The notes: generated from the letters alone by a model not told the origin. DNA of 32,000 bases from Xylella taiwanensis (GCF_013177435.1 NZ_CP053627.1:690001-722000); one strand, 5' to 3'; shown: positions 1 through 10,463, counted from the stretch's first letter. A program made the numbers and translations.

Positions 1-258
1 AAGCAAGGGGAAATTACCCGTGTTGATGGTCAGCGCGTGTTTGTTTCGAATATAAATATTATTAAACGGCACACAAAGCCTAATCCTAGCTTGGGTATCT
101 CTGGTGGTTTGATTGATCGTGAAGCGTCGATTCATATTTCTAACGTTCAGATTTTAAATCCGACGACTGGTAGAGGTGGCCGTGTTGGTTTTAGGATCTT
201 AGATGATGGATGTAAGTTGCGTATTTTCCGTTCCAATGGTGAAGTTGTTGGTGCTTGA
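1..258 (+). CDS. rplX: 50S ribosomal protein L24, 5'-truncated by the window edge
   Basis: Frame 1 is open from base 1 to the TGA at 256-258. The translation [29 protein letters not shown]...[23 protein letters not shown] matches the L24 C-terminal body. It lies directly upstream of rplE, as in spc operons. Confidence 0.93.
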   Translation, partial: KQGEITRVDGQRVFVSNINIIKRHTKPNPSLGISGGLIDREASIHISNVQILNPTTGRGGRVGFRILDDGCKLRIFRSNGEVVGA

Positions 259-269
259 GGGATGAATTT

Positions 270-809
270 ATGACCCGTTTGGAAAAAATTTATAAAGAGA
301 AAGTAGTGCCTGTTTTGATTAGGAAGTTCGGTTACACCAATCCGATGGCAGTTCCTAGGCTGATCAAGATTACCCTAAACATGGGTGTAGGTGAGGCTGC
401 TACAAATAAGAAGGTTTTAGAAAACGCTGTTGCTGATATGGCTAAAATTTCTGGCCAGAAGCCGGTGGTTACTAAATCTCGTATTTCGGTTGCGTCTTTC
501 AAAATCCGTAACGGTTGGCCGATTGGTTGCAAGACTACTTTACGTCGCGCGAAGATGTATGAATTTTTGGATCGGTTGATTAATATTTCGTTGCCTTCTG
601 TGCGTGATTTTCGTGGCGTTCCTCATCGTTCCTTCGATGGTCGTGGTAATTTTAATATGGGTGTAAAGGAACAGGTTGTTTTCCCTGAAATCGATTTCGA
701 TGCTGTTGATGCTATACGTGGCATGGATATCGCTATTACAACCACAGCGAAATCGGATGCCGAAGCTAAGGCTTTGCTTGATGCCTTTAACTTTCCTTTC
801 CGTAATTGA
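270..809 (+). CDS. rplE: 50S ribosomal protein L5
   Basis: [14 protein letters not shown]...[28 protein letters not shown] is a typical L5 of 179 aa. I prefer the ATG at 270 over the extended ORF start at 255. Position follows spc operon order. Confidence 0.96.
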   Translation: MTRLEKIYKEKVVPVLIRKFGYTNPMAVPRLIKITLNMGVGEAATNKKVLENAVADMAKISGQKPVVTKSRISVASFKIRNGWPIGCKTTLRRAKMYEFLDRLINISLPSVRDFRGVPHRSFDGRGNFNMGVKEQVVFPEIDFDAVDAIRGMDIAITTTAKSDAEAKALLDAFNFPFRN

Positions 810-824
810 TTGGAGGATAAAGAT

Positions 825-1130
825 ATGGCAAAAATCTCCATGATTAATCGTGATCTTAAGCGGAAAAAATTAGCTAAGAAATTTGCAGATAAGCGTCTTG
901 TCTTAAAGAGGGTTATTTCGAGTCATGTGTCGTCTTATGAAGAAAAAATTGAAGCGTCTTGCAAATTGCAGAAGTTGCCTAGAGATTCTTCGCCAAGCCG
1001 GCAACGTAGTCGTTGTGAAATTTCTGGTCGTCCGCGTGGTGTCTACTGCAAGTTTGGTTTAGGTCGTAACAAACTCAGAGAAGCTGCTATGCGGGGTGAT
1101 ATACCGGGGTTACGTAAGGCAAGTTGGTAG
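825..1130 (+). CDS. rpsN: 30S ribosomal protein S14
   Basis: [20 protein letters not shown]...[22 protein letters not shown], 101 aa, with the canonical S14 C-terminus. The ATG at 825 has GGAGGA upstream. Confidence 0.95.
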   Translation: MAKISMINRDLKRKKLAKKFADKRLVLKRVISSHVSSYEEKIEASCKLQKLPRDSSPSRQRSRCEISGRPRGVYCKFGLGRNKLREAAMRGDIPGLRKASW

Positions 1131-1277
1131 TGTGGTCAACTTTAAGAATATCAGACATTGAAGCTTGCTTTATTTGAAAAGCTGATACTTGATTTGCTAA
1201 AGAGGATCAAGGTTGCTCTCTCATAGTAGAATTTTTGCAAAAGCGGATATCGATGCAACTATATATAAGGTGTTTAC

Positions 1278-1676
1278 ATGAGTATGACTGATCCTATAGC
1301 TGATATGTTAGTTCGAATCAAAAATGCGGCATCGGTTGGTAAACCTAAGGTGAAATTTCCATTTTCTAAGATTAAACTTGCAATTGCCTTGGTCCTGAAA
1401 GACGAAGGTTATGTTGTTGATCTAAAGGTGGTTCAAGGTGAAAATAGTAAGTCAGAGATCGAGATTCTACTGAAGTACTTTGAAGGTCGTCCTGTGATCG
1501 AAACTTTGAGGCGTGTTTCCCGTTCTGGGTTGCGTAAATATTGTGGTAAGACCAAGCTTCCGAAAGTCTTGGGTGGTTTGGGTGTTGCTATTATCTCCAC
1601 CTCTAAGGGCATTATGACCGATGCTAAGGCTCATGAAGCTGGTGTCGGTGGTGAAGTTCTTTGCTTCGTGGCTTAA
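1278..1676 (+). CDS. rpsH: 30S ribosomal protein S8
   Basis: [17 protein letters not shown]...GGEVLCFVA, 132 aa, with the canonical S8 N- and C-termini. Confidence 0.96.
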   Translation: MSMTDPIADMLVRIKNAASVGKPKVKFPFSKIKLAIALVLKDEGYVVDLKVVQGENSKSEIEILLKYFEGRPVIETLRRVSRSGLRKYCGKTKLPKVLGGLGVAIISTSKGIMTDAKAHEAGVGGEVLCFVA

Positions 1677-1695
1677 GGAAAGGAGTTTGATTTAC

Positions 1696-2223
1696 ATGTC
1701 ACGGGTAGCCAAGAAACCTATTGTCCTTCCGAAGGGTGTAGAAATTAAGGTGCAATCTCGCCTGCTAACTGTTAAGGGGTCGAAGGGCGTTTTAACTTTC
1801 TCGAAGTCAGATGCTGTGAACGTTGTTGTGGATGGTGACATCGTGACACTTTCGGCTAATGATCTTTCTCATGTTCCTTTGGCTGGTACCGTACGTGCTA
1901 TTTTGTCGAATATGATTAAGGGTGTTTCTATAGGGTTTGAGCGTAAGCTTGAACTCGTTGGTGTCGGTTATCGTGCTTCAATGCAGGGTAAGGATTTGAA
2001 TCTCTCACTTGGCTTTTCGCATCCGTTGGTATTTGTTCCCCCTGAAGGCATAATTTTATTGACTCCAACTCAGAGCGAAGTCGTAGTGCAGGGGGTTGAC
2101 AAACAGCGTGTTGGTGAAGTTGCTGCTAAGATTCGGAATTTCCGTCGTCCTGAGCCCTATAAAGGAAAGGGTTTGAAGTATGTTGGTGAAGTCATCATGC
2201 GCAAAGAAGCTAAGAAAACATAA
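1696..2223 (+). CDS. rplF: 50S ribosomal protein L6
   Basis: [19 protein letters not shown]...[23 protein letters not shown], 175 aa. The ATG at 1696 is preceded by AGGAG. The longer ORF from 1621 overlaps rpsH and is not used. Confidence 0.96.
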   Translation: MSRVAKKPIVLPKGVEIKVQSRLLTVKGSKGVLTFSKSDAVNVVVDGDIVTLSANDLSHVPLAGTVRAILSNMIKGVSIGFERKLELVGVGYRASMQGKDLNLSLGFSHPLVFVPPEGIILLTPTQSEVVVQGVDKQRVGEVAAKIRNFRRPEPYKGKGLKYVGEVIMRKEAKKT

Positions 2224-2280
2224 TGTGGGCATCTTTGCGCATGGCTACCCCCATTTTTTTAGTATTTAGGAAGTTTATCT

Positions 2281-2640
2281 GTGAGTGTTAGCAAGAATGT
2301 TCCTCGTTTGCGTCGTGCCAAATCGACGCGTGCTCATATACGTGAATTGGGTATACCACGTCTCTCTGTGTTGCGTACCGGTCGGCATTTGTATGCACAG
2401 ATTTTTACTGCCGATGGTTCGAAAGTTATTGTTGTTGCTAATACTCTGCAAGCTCATGTTAAGGATGGGCTTAAGAATGGTAAGAACAGTCTGGCCGCCA
2501 CCAAAGTTGGCAAATTGATTGCTGAACGCGCTAAGGCTGCTGGTGTGCATAGGATCGCTTTTGACCGTTCTGGTTACCTTTATCATGGTCGCATCAAAAT
2601 GTTAGCTGATGCTGCGCGTGATGGGGGGTTGAACTTCTAA
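2281..2640 (+). CDS. rplR: 50S ribosomal protein L18
   Basis: GTG start with AGGAAG 7 nt upstream. ...[16 protein letters not shown]...[26 protein letters not shown] is an L18 signature. 119 aa. Confidence 0.94.
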   Translation: MSVSKNVPRLRRAKSTRAHIRELGIPRLSVLRTGRHLYAQIFTADGSKVIVVANTLQAHVKDGLKNGKNSLAATKVGKLIAERAKAAGVHRIAFDRSGYLYHGRIKMLADAARDGGLNF

Positions 2641-2817
2641 AAGTTCAGGTTGTTTCTTTAGTGGATTTTAAATTGGAGCGATTTTTTTTGTTCTACCTGT
2701 TGTTGAGTGTTTTGGTCTTCATGGAATTACGGCTTCAATACTTAAAGCTATAATTTTATAACTGTCTCTGGACCGGACCAGGGCCGTAGCTATATCCGTT
2801 CAATCTAAGGAATTAAA

Positions 2818-3354
2818 ATGGCAGAAGAACGTCCACAACGAAGCCGGGATCGTACCCGTGAAGAAAAGATCGATGATGGCATGATAGAGAAGTTAGTTGC
2901 GGTAAATCGTGTCAGTAAAACCGTTAAGGGTGGACGTCAGTTCACTTTTACTGCATTGACTATTGTAGGCGACGGTGAAGGTAGTGTTGGTTTCGGTTAC
3001 GGCAAGGCGCGTGAGGTCCCTGTCGCTATTCAAAAGTCTATGGAGTATGCTCGTAAGAGGATGGCCAGTGTCAATTTGAATAACGGTACCCTTTGGCATC
3101 CTGTCAAAGCTAATCACGGTGCTGCTTGCATCTTCATGCAACCGGCTTCGGAGGGTACAGGTGTGATTGCTGGTGGTGCTATGCGTGCCGTATTAGAGGC
3201 GGTCGGTGTGAAAGATGTTCTTGCTAAGGCTATTGGTTCACGTAATCCGATCAATCTAGTGCGCGCTACCTTAAAGGGTTTGGGAGGTATGAGATCACCA
3301 GCTTATATTGCTCTCAAACGTGGTAAGAGCGTTAGAGAGTTTCGCTATGATTGA
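2818..3354 (+). CDS. rpsE: 30S ribosomal protein S5
   Basis: ...[49 protein letters not shown]... contains the S5 dsRBD and C-terminal domain motifs. 178 aa. Confidence 0.96.
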   Translation: MAEERPQRSRDRTREEKIDDGMIEKLVAVNRVSKTVKGGRQFTFTALTIVGDGEGSVGFGYGKAREVPVAIQKSMEYARKRMASVNLNNGTLWHPVKANHGAACIFMQPASEGTGVIAGGAMRAVLEAVGVKDVLAKAIGSRNPINLVRATLKGLGGMRSPAYIALKRGKSVREFRYD

Positions 3355-3538
3355 TGAATGCGATAAGACTCTGAAAATCTATTTGATGCGTAGTTTGATT
3401 GGAACTCCTTCTAATCATCGTTTGTCGGTCCGTGCTTTGGGGCTGCGTAAACTTAATGATGTGCGTGAGGTGAAGGATAGTCCGCAGGTACGTGGGTTGA
3501 TTAAGAAGGTTCATTACCTTGTTCGTGTTCAGGATTAA
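3347..3538 (+). CDS. rpmD: 50S ribosomal protein L30
   Basis: [63 protein letters not shown], 63 aa. The ATG at 3347 overlaps the rpsE stop by 8 nt, which suggests translational coupling. Confidence 0.93.
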   Translation: MIDECDKTLKIYLMRSLIGTPSNHRLSVRALGLRKLNDVREVKDSPQVRGLIKKVHYLVRVQD

Positions 3539-3544
3539 TTAATA

Positions 3545-3988
3545 ATGACTCTGCGTCTAAACGATTTAAAGCCTGCTTGTGGTGCGCGCTTTGAACGCGC
3601 TCGGGTTGGTCGTGGTGTTGGCTCTGGCTTGGGTAAAACGTCAGGTCGTGGCCATAAAGGCTCTTTTGCTCGCAAGGGGGGGGGCAAGATTAAGGCCGGC
3701 TTCGAAGGAGGTCAGACTCCTATGCAGCGTCGTTTGCCGAAGATAGGTTTTCGTTCCAGGTTGCTTGCTAGTACTGTTGAAGTGCTTTCTTACAAGCTAG
3801 ATAATTTGGAGCCAGGTGAGATTGATTTTTCTTTCTTGCGTTTGGCAAAGCTAGTTCCCTTGACGGCGAAGAAGGCGAAGATCGTTAAAAAAGGTAGATT
3901 GACCAAGGCGTTTGTACTAAAAGGTATAGCTGCAACTGCAGGTGCTAGGGTTTTGGTCGAAACTGCTGGTGGCAGTTTTCAGGAGTAA
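3545..3988 (+). CDS. rplO: 50S ribosomal protein L15
   Basis: MTLRLNDLKPACGARFERARVGRGVGSGLGKTSGRGHKG... is a typical L15. 147 aa. Confidence 0.96.
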   Translation: MTLRLNDLKPACGARFERARVGRGVGSGLGKTSGRGHKGSFARKGGGKIKAGFEGGQTPMQRRLPKIGFRSRLLASTVEVLSYKLDNLEPGEIDFSFLRLAKLVPLTAKKAKIVKKGRLTKAFVLKGIAATAGARVLVETAGGSFQE

Positions 3989-3989
3989 C

Positions 3990-5369
3990 ATGCAGATGGC
4001 GCAAGCTGGTATGGGAAACCTTGGTGGTAGGTTTGGCAAGTCTGTCGAACTTCGTCAGCGATTGTTTTTTCTTTTTGGGGCATTGATCGTTTATAGGGTT
4101 GGTTGTTACGTTCCAGTTCCTGGTGTCAATCCAGATGCCATGCTGGCGTTGATGCAGCAGCAAGGGGGGGGCATCGTAGACATGTTTAACATGTTTTCCG
4201 GTGGTGCTCTACATCGCTTTAGTGTTTTTGCTTTAAATGTGATGCCTTACATTTCTGCTTCCATCGTTGTGCAGTTGGCTACCCATATTTTCCCTTCGCT
4301 GAAAGCAATACAGAAGGAAGGTGAATCTGGGCGGCGCAAGATTACCCAGTATTCACGTATTGGTGCTGTTCTTCTTGCTGTAATTCAGGGTGGTAGTATC
4401 GCTTTGGCGTTGCAAAATCAGACAGCTCCTGGTGGTGGTGCTGTGGTATATGCTCCTGGTATTGGTTTTGTGATGACTGCCGTTGTTGCTTTGACAGCAG
4501 GAACTGTCTTTCTAATGTGGGTGGGGGAGCAAGTTACGGAACGCGGCATTGGTAATGGTGTGTCGATGATTATTTTTGCTGGCATTGTCGCAGGATTACC
4601 GGGTTCTGTGTTGCAAACTATTGATGCCTTCCGTAGCGACGCATTGAGTTTCATTTCGTTATTGACGATTGTTTTTATTGTGGTATCCTTTACTTTTTTA
4701 GTTGTCTTTGTTGAGCGTGGTTTGCGTCGAATTACTGTAAACTATGCTCGCCGCGTTGACGGTCGCAACGCTTACATGAATAAGAGTTCCTTTTTGCCTC
4801 TAAAGCTTAACATGGCGGGTGTGATTCCACCTATTTTTGCTTCCAGTATTTTGGCGTTTCCTGTCACTTTGTCGATGTGGTCTGGGCAGGCTGCTTCCAA
4901 TAGTGTTTTTGGTGCTTGGTTACAGCGTGCGGCTAATGCTTTAGGCCCGGGTGAGCCGTTGCATATGATTCTGTTTGCTGTGTTAATCATTGGTTTTGCT
5001 TTCTTTTACACAGCTTTGGTATTTAGTTCGCAGGAAACTGCTGATATTCTTAAAAAGTCTGGTGCATTGATTCCTGGTATCAGGCCTGGTAAGGCTACTG
5101 CAGATTACGTTGATGGTGTATTGACTCGTTTGACTGCAGTGGGCTCATTGTACTTGGTTGTTGTTTGTTTGTTGCCAGAATTCATGCAGTCAAGGGTGGG
5201 GGCTGCCTTTCATTTTGGTGGTACGTCTTTGTTGATTGCGGTGGTGGTTGTGATGGACTTTATTGCTCAAATACAAGTTCACCAGACGTCTCACCAGTAT
5301 GAAAGCGTGAGTTTTTTGAAGAAAGCTAATTTTAAGGGCGTGGCAAGGGGCCGTCGTTTTGTGAGTTAG
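3990..5369 (+). CDS. secY: preprotein translocase subunit SecY
   Basis: The ATG at 3990 follows AGGAG. ...ELRQRLFFLFGALIVYRVGCYVPVPG...GIGNGVSMIIFAGIVAG...TSHQYES..LKKANFKG. Multi-pass membrane protein with SecY hallmark segments. 459 aa. Confidence 0.96.
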   Translation: MQMAQAGMGNLGGRFGKSVELRQRLFFLFGALIVYRVGCYVPVPGVNPDAMLALMQQQGGGIVDMFNMFSGGALHRFSVFALNVMPYISASIVVQLATHIFPSLKAIQKEGESGRRKITQYSRIGAVLLAVIQGGSIALALQNQTAPGGGAVVYAPGIGFVMTAVVALTAGTVFLMWVGEQVTERGIGNGVSMIIFAGIVAGLPGSVLQTIDAFRSDALSFISLLTIVFIVVSFTFLVVFVERGLRRITVNYARRVDGRNAYMNKSSFLPLKLNMAGVIPPIFASSILAFPVTLSMWSGQAASNSVFGAWLQRAANALGPGEPLHMILFAVLIIGFAFFYTALVFSSQETADILKKSGALIPGIRPGKATADYVDGVLTRLTAVGSLYLVVVCLLPEFMQSRVGAAFHFGGTSLLIAVVVVMDFIAQIQVHQTSHQYESVSFLKKANFKGVARGRRFVS

Positions 5370-5579
5370 TGAATTAATGAAAATTTGCATTTCATCTTAA
5401 TTTGTTGTTCTTGGCGCTCCGATGGGCCTTTTTTAGTTAATTGTATCTCCGGTTGAATAGCTCTCCTCTAAGTTTTTGTGGTTTTCAAAGCGGTATTTTT
5501 TCCCCTTTATTTCTGTTAATTTTTACATGCAAGGTCTGGCTTCCTTAAACCTTTGACGCTTCCAAGTAAGTGGAAATTT

Positions 5580-5588
5580 TGATAGAAT
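5580..5588 (+). promoter_or_regulatory. candidate alpha-operon promoter (extended -10, TGATAGAAT)
   Basis: TGnTAGAAT lies 87 nt upstream of the rpsM ATG in a 305-nt spacer after secY. The -35 region is poor (TTCCAA at 17-nt spacing). E. coli has a separate P-alpha at the equivalent place. Confidence 0.35.
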
Positions 5589-5674
5589 CTGGCCAATAGT
5601 CTTTACTGGTCCATATCTATTGGGTATATCTCATTACGATATTTGCGGCCATCTTTAATTTGGAGAGTTGCCTC

Positions 5675-6031
5675 ATGGCGCGTATTGCAGGCGTCAATCT
5701 AGCAGTTCAAAAGCATGTCTGGATAGGATTGCAAAGTATTTACGGCATTGGTCGTGCCCGTTCCAAAAAGGTTTGTAATGCCGCGAACATTGCAATGACT
5801 GCCAAAATTCGTGATTTGTCTGAGCCGGAAATTGAACGTCTGCGAGCTGAGGTTGGTAAGTATGTTATCGAGGGTGACTTGCGTCGTGAAGTTGCTATGT
5901 CGATCAAGCGTCTAATGGACTTGAATTGTTATCGAGGTCTGCGTCATCGCCGTGGCCTTCCATTGCATGGTCAGCGTACCAGAACCAATGCTCGTACTCG
6001 AAAGGGTCCGCGCAAAGCAATTAAGAAGTAG
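5675..6031 (+). CDS. rpsM: 30S ribosomal protein S13
   Basis: [30 protein letters not shown]...[16 protein letters not shown], 118 aa. GGAG lies 8 nt upstream. Confidence 0.96.
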   Translation: MARIAGVNLAVQKHVWIGLQSIYGIGRARSKKVCNAANIAMTAKIRDLSEPEIERLRAEVGKYVIEGDLRREVAMSIKRLMDLNCYRGLRHRRGLPLHGQRTRTNARTRKGPRKAIKK

Positions 6032-6044
6032 AGAGATACAAGTA

Positions 6045-6437
6045 ATGGTCAAGCAGTCTGTTGTCAAGACTAAGAAGAAGGTTAAACGTGTTGTAACCGA
6101 TGGTGTTGCGCATATCCACGCTTCTTTCAACAATACTATAGTTACGATCACTGATCGTCAGGGTAATTCGTTATCCTGGTCCACTTCAGGTGCTTCCGGC
6201 TTTCGTGGTTCACGTAAGTCGACTCCTTTTGCTGCACAGGTTGCTGCCGAGAAGGCTGGCCGTGCTGTGTTGGATTATGGTATGAAATCGTTGGAAGTCC
6301 GCATCAATGGACCTGGTCCAGGTCGAGAGTCAGCTGTGCGTTCGTTGAATAACATTGGTTATAAAATTACCAACATCATTGATGTGACACCAATCCCGCA
6401 TAATGGGTGTCGTCCTCCCAAAAAGCGTCGTGTCTAA
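6045..6437 (+). CDS. rpsK: 30S ribosomal protein S11
   Basis: ...[23 protein letters not shown]...[18 protein letters not shown], 130 aa, canonical S11. Confidence 0.96.
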   Translation: MVKQSVVKTKKKVKRVVTDGVAHIHASFNNTIVTITDRQGNSLSWSTSGASGFRGSRKSTPFAAQVAAEKAGRAVLDYGMKSLEVRINGPGPGRESAVRSLNNIGYKITNIIDVTPIPHNGCRPPKKRRV

Positions 6438-6451
6438 AGGAACATTAAAAA

Positions 6452-7078
6452 ATGGCTCGTTATATCGGCCCTACCTGTAAGCTTGCGCGCCGTGAAGGTG
6501 CGGATTTGATGTTGAAGAGTCCATCTCGAGCTTTAGATTCTAAATGTAAATTGGACCAGAGACCTGGTCAGCATGGTGCCGTACGTAAGTCTAAGCTCTC
6601 CGACTACGCTTCACAGTTGCGTGAGAAGCAAAAGGTTAAGCGTATTTATGGGGTTTTGGAGCGTCAGTTCCGCAATTATTATAAGAATGCTTCTACTAGA
6701 AAAGGCAACACCGGAGAAAATTTACTTCAGTTGTTGGAAACTCGTTTAGACAATGTTGTTTATCGTATGGGTTTTGCTGTTACCCGTCCTGCTGCTCGTC
6801 AGTTGGTTTCACACCGTGGTGTGTTGGTAAATGGCAAACCAGTAAACCTTGCTTCATATCAAGTTAAACCTGGCGATGTGGTTACCCTCTCTCGCAGCGC
6901 ACAAAAGCATCTGTGTGTTCAGGAAGCATTGACTATTAAAGATCAGCAAGGTTTGGCATTTTCTTGGGTTGAGGTTGACTCAGATAAGTTCAGTGGTCTC
7001 TTTAAGACTCTTCCAGATCGTGCCGACTTGCCTTCGGACATTAATGAAGCTTTGATCGTCGAGTTGTATTCGAAATAA
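6452..7078 (+). CDS. rpsD: 30S ribosomal protein S4
   Basis: [19 protein letters not shown]...[31 protein letters not shown]... contains the S4 domain. 208 aa. Confidence 0.96.
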   Translation: MARYIGPTCKLARREGADLMLKSPSRALDSKCKLDQRPGQHGAVRKSKLSDYASQLREKQKVKRIYGVLERQFRNYYKNASTRKGNTGENLLQLLETRLDNVVYRMGFAVTRPAARQLVSHRGVLVNGKPVNLASYQVKPGDVVTLSRSAQKHLCVQEALTIKDQQGLAFSWVEVDSDKFSGLFKTLPDRADLPSDINEALIVELYSK

Positions 7079-7132
7079 TTTACATTGGAAATCCTCCATT
7101 TGTTACAGGAGGGTTACAGGAGATCTCGCCAC

Positions 7133-8131
7133 ATGACGGTTACCGTCAGTCAAGTTCTGCGTCCTCGCGGTCCGCAGATCGAACGTCTTACTGAAAACCG
7201 TGCTAAAGTTGTGCTTGAACCTTTGGGACGGGGTTATGCCCATACGTTGGGTAACGCTTTGCGTCGTGTCCTGCTTTCTTCGATTCCTGGGTTTGCGATC
7301 ACAGAGGTCGAAATTGATGGTGTGTTGCATGAGTACACCACGGTTGAAGGTCTGCAGGAAGATGTGCTTGAAGTTCTGTTAAATCTTAAGGATGTGGCAA
7401 TCCGTATACACAGTGGTGATAGTGCTACGCTATCTCTATTTAAACGAGGGGCAGGGGTAGTTACTGCTGCGGATATTAAGACAGACCATAATGTCGAAAT
7501 TATAAATGATGAACATGTGATCTGCCACTTGACTAAGGATACTGCGATCAATATGCGTTTGAAAATTGAGCGTGGCTTTGGCTACCAACCTGCTGTTGTA
7601 CGTCGTCGCCCTGATGAGGAAAACAGAACCATTGGTCGTTTGATTTTGGATGCTTCGTTTTCCCCGGTTCGCCGCGTCGCTTATGTCGTTGAGGCAGCAC
7701 GCGTAGAGCAGCGTACTGATTTGGATAAACTCATTATTGATATTGAAACTAACGGTACTATAGATGCTGAGGAAGCCCTTCGTGTTGCCGCTGATATTCT
7801 GACTGATCAGTTGTCAGTCTTTGGCGACTTCACGCACCGTGATCGTAGTGTGGTCAAACCGACTAGCAGTGGTGTGGATCCGGTATTGCTTCGCCCAATC
7901 GATGATCTGGAGTTGACAGTGCGTTCGGCCAACTGTTTGAAGGCAGAGAGCATCTACTATATTGGTGATCTTATCCAGAAGACAGAGGTTGAGCTGCTTA
8001 AGACTCCCAATCTAGGTAAGAAATCACTTACCGAGATTAAAGAAGTGCTTAGTCAGCGTGGCTTGGCGCTTGGAGTGAAGTTGGAGAATTGGCCACCTCC
8101 TGGTGTTTCTCAATATGGAATGCTTGGTTAA
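7133..8131 (+). CDS. rpoA: DNA-directed RNA polymerase subunit alpha
   Basis: [19 protein letters not shown]...[15 protein letters not shown]...[48 protein letters not shown], 332 aa. Near-identical, as far as I recall, to Xanthomonas RpoA. Confidence 0.97.
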   Translation: MTVTVSQVLRPRGPQIERLTENRAKVVLEPLGRGYAHTLGNALRRVLLSSIPGFAITEVEIDGVLHEYTTVEGLQEDVLEVLLNLKDVAIRIHSGDSATLSLFKRGAGVVTAADIKTDHNVEIINDEHVICHLTKDTAINMRLKIERGFGYQPAVVRRRPDEENRTIGRLILDASFSPVRRVAYVVEAARVEQRTDLDKLIIDIETNGTIDAEEALRVAADILTDQLSVFGDFTHRDRSVVKPTSSGVDPVLLRPIDDLELTVRSANCLKAESIYYIGDLIQKTEVELLKTPNLGKKSLTEIKEVLSQRGLALGVKLENWPPPGVSQYGMLG

Positions 8132-8356
8132 TATTTAATTTTTTCTGTAGTTCGTCCAGTTAGCGTGTTGCTATGTTTTGAAATCATTCAATTCATGCTG
8201 TTTGATGCAGCGGAATCATAGTAAGCTAGGCATATTGGAGTTGGCCTACATAATTGAATTAGTAGGTGCATTTACCTGCGGTGTTTGCTTAATGCATGGG
8301 CTATGATTGGGAATAGCGAGCTTTGGCCATTTCACTATTCAATAGGAATAAAAAAT

Positions 8357-8740
8357 ATGCGTCACCAGAAGTCGGGCCGTAAGTTTAACCGTACTGATGC
8401 TCATCGTGGAGCTATGTTTAGCAATATGGTTGCCTCATTATTCAAGCATCAGCTGATAAAGACCACCTTGCCGAAGGCTAAGGAGCTTCGTCGTGTCGCT
8501 GAGCCGTTGATAACTTTGGCGAAGGTTGATAGTGTCGCCAATCGTCGTTTAGCCTTTGCACGTTTGCGAAATAAAGAAGCCGTGGGTATCCTGTTTTCCA
8601 CGTTGGGGCCACGCTATCGGGCTCGCCCGGGTGGTTATCTCCGTTTGCTAAAGTGTGGTTTTCGTGCTGGCGATAATGCGCCGATGGCCTATGTCGAGAT
8701 GCTTGAACGTCCTATGATTGTTCAGGAAGTTGCTGAGTAA
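8357..8740 (+). CDS. rplQ: 50S ribosomal protein L17
   Basis: [24 protein letters not shown]...[24 protein letters not shown], 127 aa. The ATG at 8357 is used. The 24-codon upstream extension has no homology. Confidence 0.95.
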   Translation: MRHQKSGRKFNRTDAHRGAMFSNMVASLFKHQLIKTTLPKAKELRRVAEPLITLAKVDSVANRRLAFARLRNKEAVGILFSTLGPRYRARPGGYLRLLKCGFRAGDNAPMAYVEMLERPMIVQEVAE

Positions 8741-10192
8741 TCATCTGTTTTTTCCCAGATACGATGCAAATGCGGTTTTCTTAGCTTGTGTTAGAGATTA
8801 TTCTTTGTTTTTTCAACAGTTGTTTGCCGTGTTGTTAATTGGTAGTGGTTGATAGTTGTTATCTGATGATGGCTCTTAATGGTACCTTAGTGGTAATTTA
8901 ATTTCTTTTGATAGGTCTTTGTTTTATAAATTATGCTGAATGGAGAAGTAAAGCGTCAGGAAGTATCGGTTATCTTTTGTTAGATTCCTCTCTAAAGTTT
9001 TTGGGCATAATCTTTTCTTGTGTTTCCCTAATTTCTATATTTATCGGTTTCTTTTTTTATTTTCAAGATTGTAATAAGAATTATTTGATTCCTTAACTTA
9101 TTACCAGCATCTTTACGATCTGAGAAAATCTTAATTAGGTTCGCGACCTTATTTTTCTTCCAGGTTAAGATGGCGAATCAAATCTCTCCGTAATGTTAGA
9201 TATTGATAGCTTTTATTTTTCTTATGTGCGTTTTCCTTGATGGTTGTTAATATTTTTTTCTTGAAAGTATTTGGCTGATGAAGGGTAGTAAAACTGCGTG
9301 AATGAAAATTTTACTTGCTGTAAATAGATTAAATAAAAGATGCGTTTGATCTTGAATGATTGAAGATGTCTAGTCTTAATGTATTGACTATGGTTATTAT
9401 AATCAATTTATCTAAGATGCAATGTTATTGGAGAGCTTCAAGTTAATATAGGTTCGTGTTAGTTGAGAACGCTGAAAATAATTTTTCTTGTGTACATTGA
9501 TCGAAATTCAAGATGTTGTTGCTCAAAATAACTGGTTTGTAGTGTTTTCCAAGATCTAGACAATGGTGTGATGCTCTTGCTCCAAGTTAGAATCATTCGA
9601 AATGATGACAGTTACGAAGAGAATAGTTTAGAGTGCGGAACAAGGCTTCATGAAAACCATTGTCTTGTGTAGATAGCTGTTACTGTTGCACAGTATCTAG
9701 CAGTAACGCGTCTTTTCTCCACAAAGAATTGACTCTGACATTCAAGCAGCTTCAGTGTTATAAGTGGTTATGAACGCCTCGGATATTATTGAATATGTGT
9801 ACGCAGATGGTATCAATGGAGGTTAGGACAATAGTAATATACAGTACGAATGCGACGAGCAGGTGTTTTATGTCGTTTTGTTGTCTTGGCATTTACTGTT
9901 GTGTGGCCCAATAGCGGGGGCAGGGGAGCCATCTTTGAAGGATCGTAACAGCGATCATGGATAGCTTATTGATGATCAAAGGAGTGTAAGATCATTTAAT
10001 ATCTTCTATTTGATAGCGTACCCTATAATCTGGTTACGGAGCGGAGTGTCATATGTCATTACTTTAGCTAAATGTTCCAAAATCGGAGTACGTAAACAGA
10101 TTATTCTTAACCGCAAGCCTTTAGTATACCGATGTGTTGTTTCTCGAGCAGACGCTACTCTGATGGTATTCTCCTGTAGAGTTTCAATAACC

Positions 10193-10453
10193 ATGATCGA
10201 CTTGAACCATCTCGACACTATCGCCAGCCATCTCACTGATCTAGTGCCTCCTGCTTTGTATCAGTCGCGGCTGGAGTTACAGGCCGTATTTAAAGATGTG
10301 TTGCAAGCCTGGCTAGCGAAGCTGGATTTGGTAACACGTGAGGAGTTTGATATTCAACGTGCAATTCTTCTCAATACTCGCGAGAAACTTGAAACGCTAC
10401 AGCAGACACTGGTCCTCCTTGAAGAGCGCATGACTAATCAGACCACAAATTGA
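10193..10453 (+). CDS. ubiK: ubiquinone biosynthesis accessory factor UbiK (YqiC/BMFP family)
   Basis: MIDLNHLDTIASHL...LAKLDLVTREEFDIQRAILLNTREKLETLQQ matches the E. coli YqiC core LDLVSREEFDVQ..LLRTREKL. 86 aa. The longer ORF from 10010 is an unsupported extension. Confidence 0.85.
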   Translation: MIDLNHLDTIASHLTDLVPPALYQSRLELQAVFKDVLQAWLAKLDLVTREEFDIQRAILLNTREKLETLQQTLVLLEERMTNQTTN

Positions 10454-10463
10454 GGATCCTGCT

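Noticed and set aside
5370-5674. I looked for rpmJ (L36) or infA between secY and rpsM, as found in E. coli or Bacillus.
   Set aside because: The only frame there is an 8-codon one including its stop (ATGAAAATTTGCATTTCATCTTAA, MKICISS*), and nothing resembles L36. I believe this lineage keeps rpmJ elsewhere, so absence is not an anomaly.
332-7551. Many antisense or out-of-frame ORFs of 60-105 codons inside ribosomal-protein, secY and rpoA genes (for example 332-532-, 623-841-, 2275-2586-, 2285-2518+, 2893-3141-, 4418-4654-, 7234-7551-).
   Set aside because: They lie entirely inside strongly supported conserved genes and have no RBS or recognisable motifs. They are typical shadow ORFs.
8908-9096. 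A 62-codon hydrophobic ORF (TTG start) in the AT-rich desert, considered as a possible small membrane protein or type I toxin.
   Set aside because: The Phe/Ile/Leu richness is what T-rich DNA yields in any frame. It has a non-ATG start and no RBS. There is not enough evidence.
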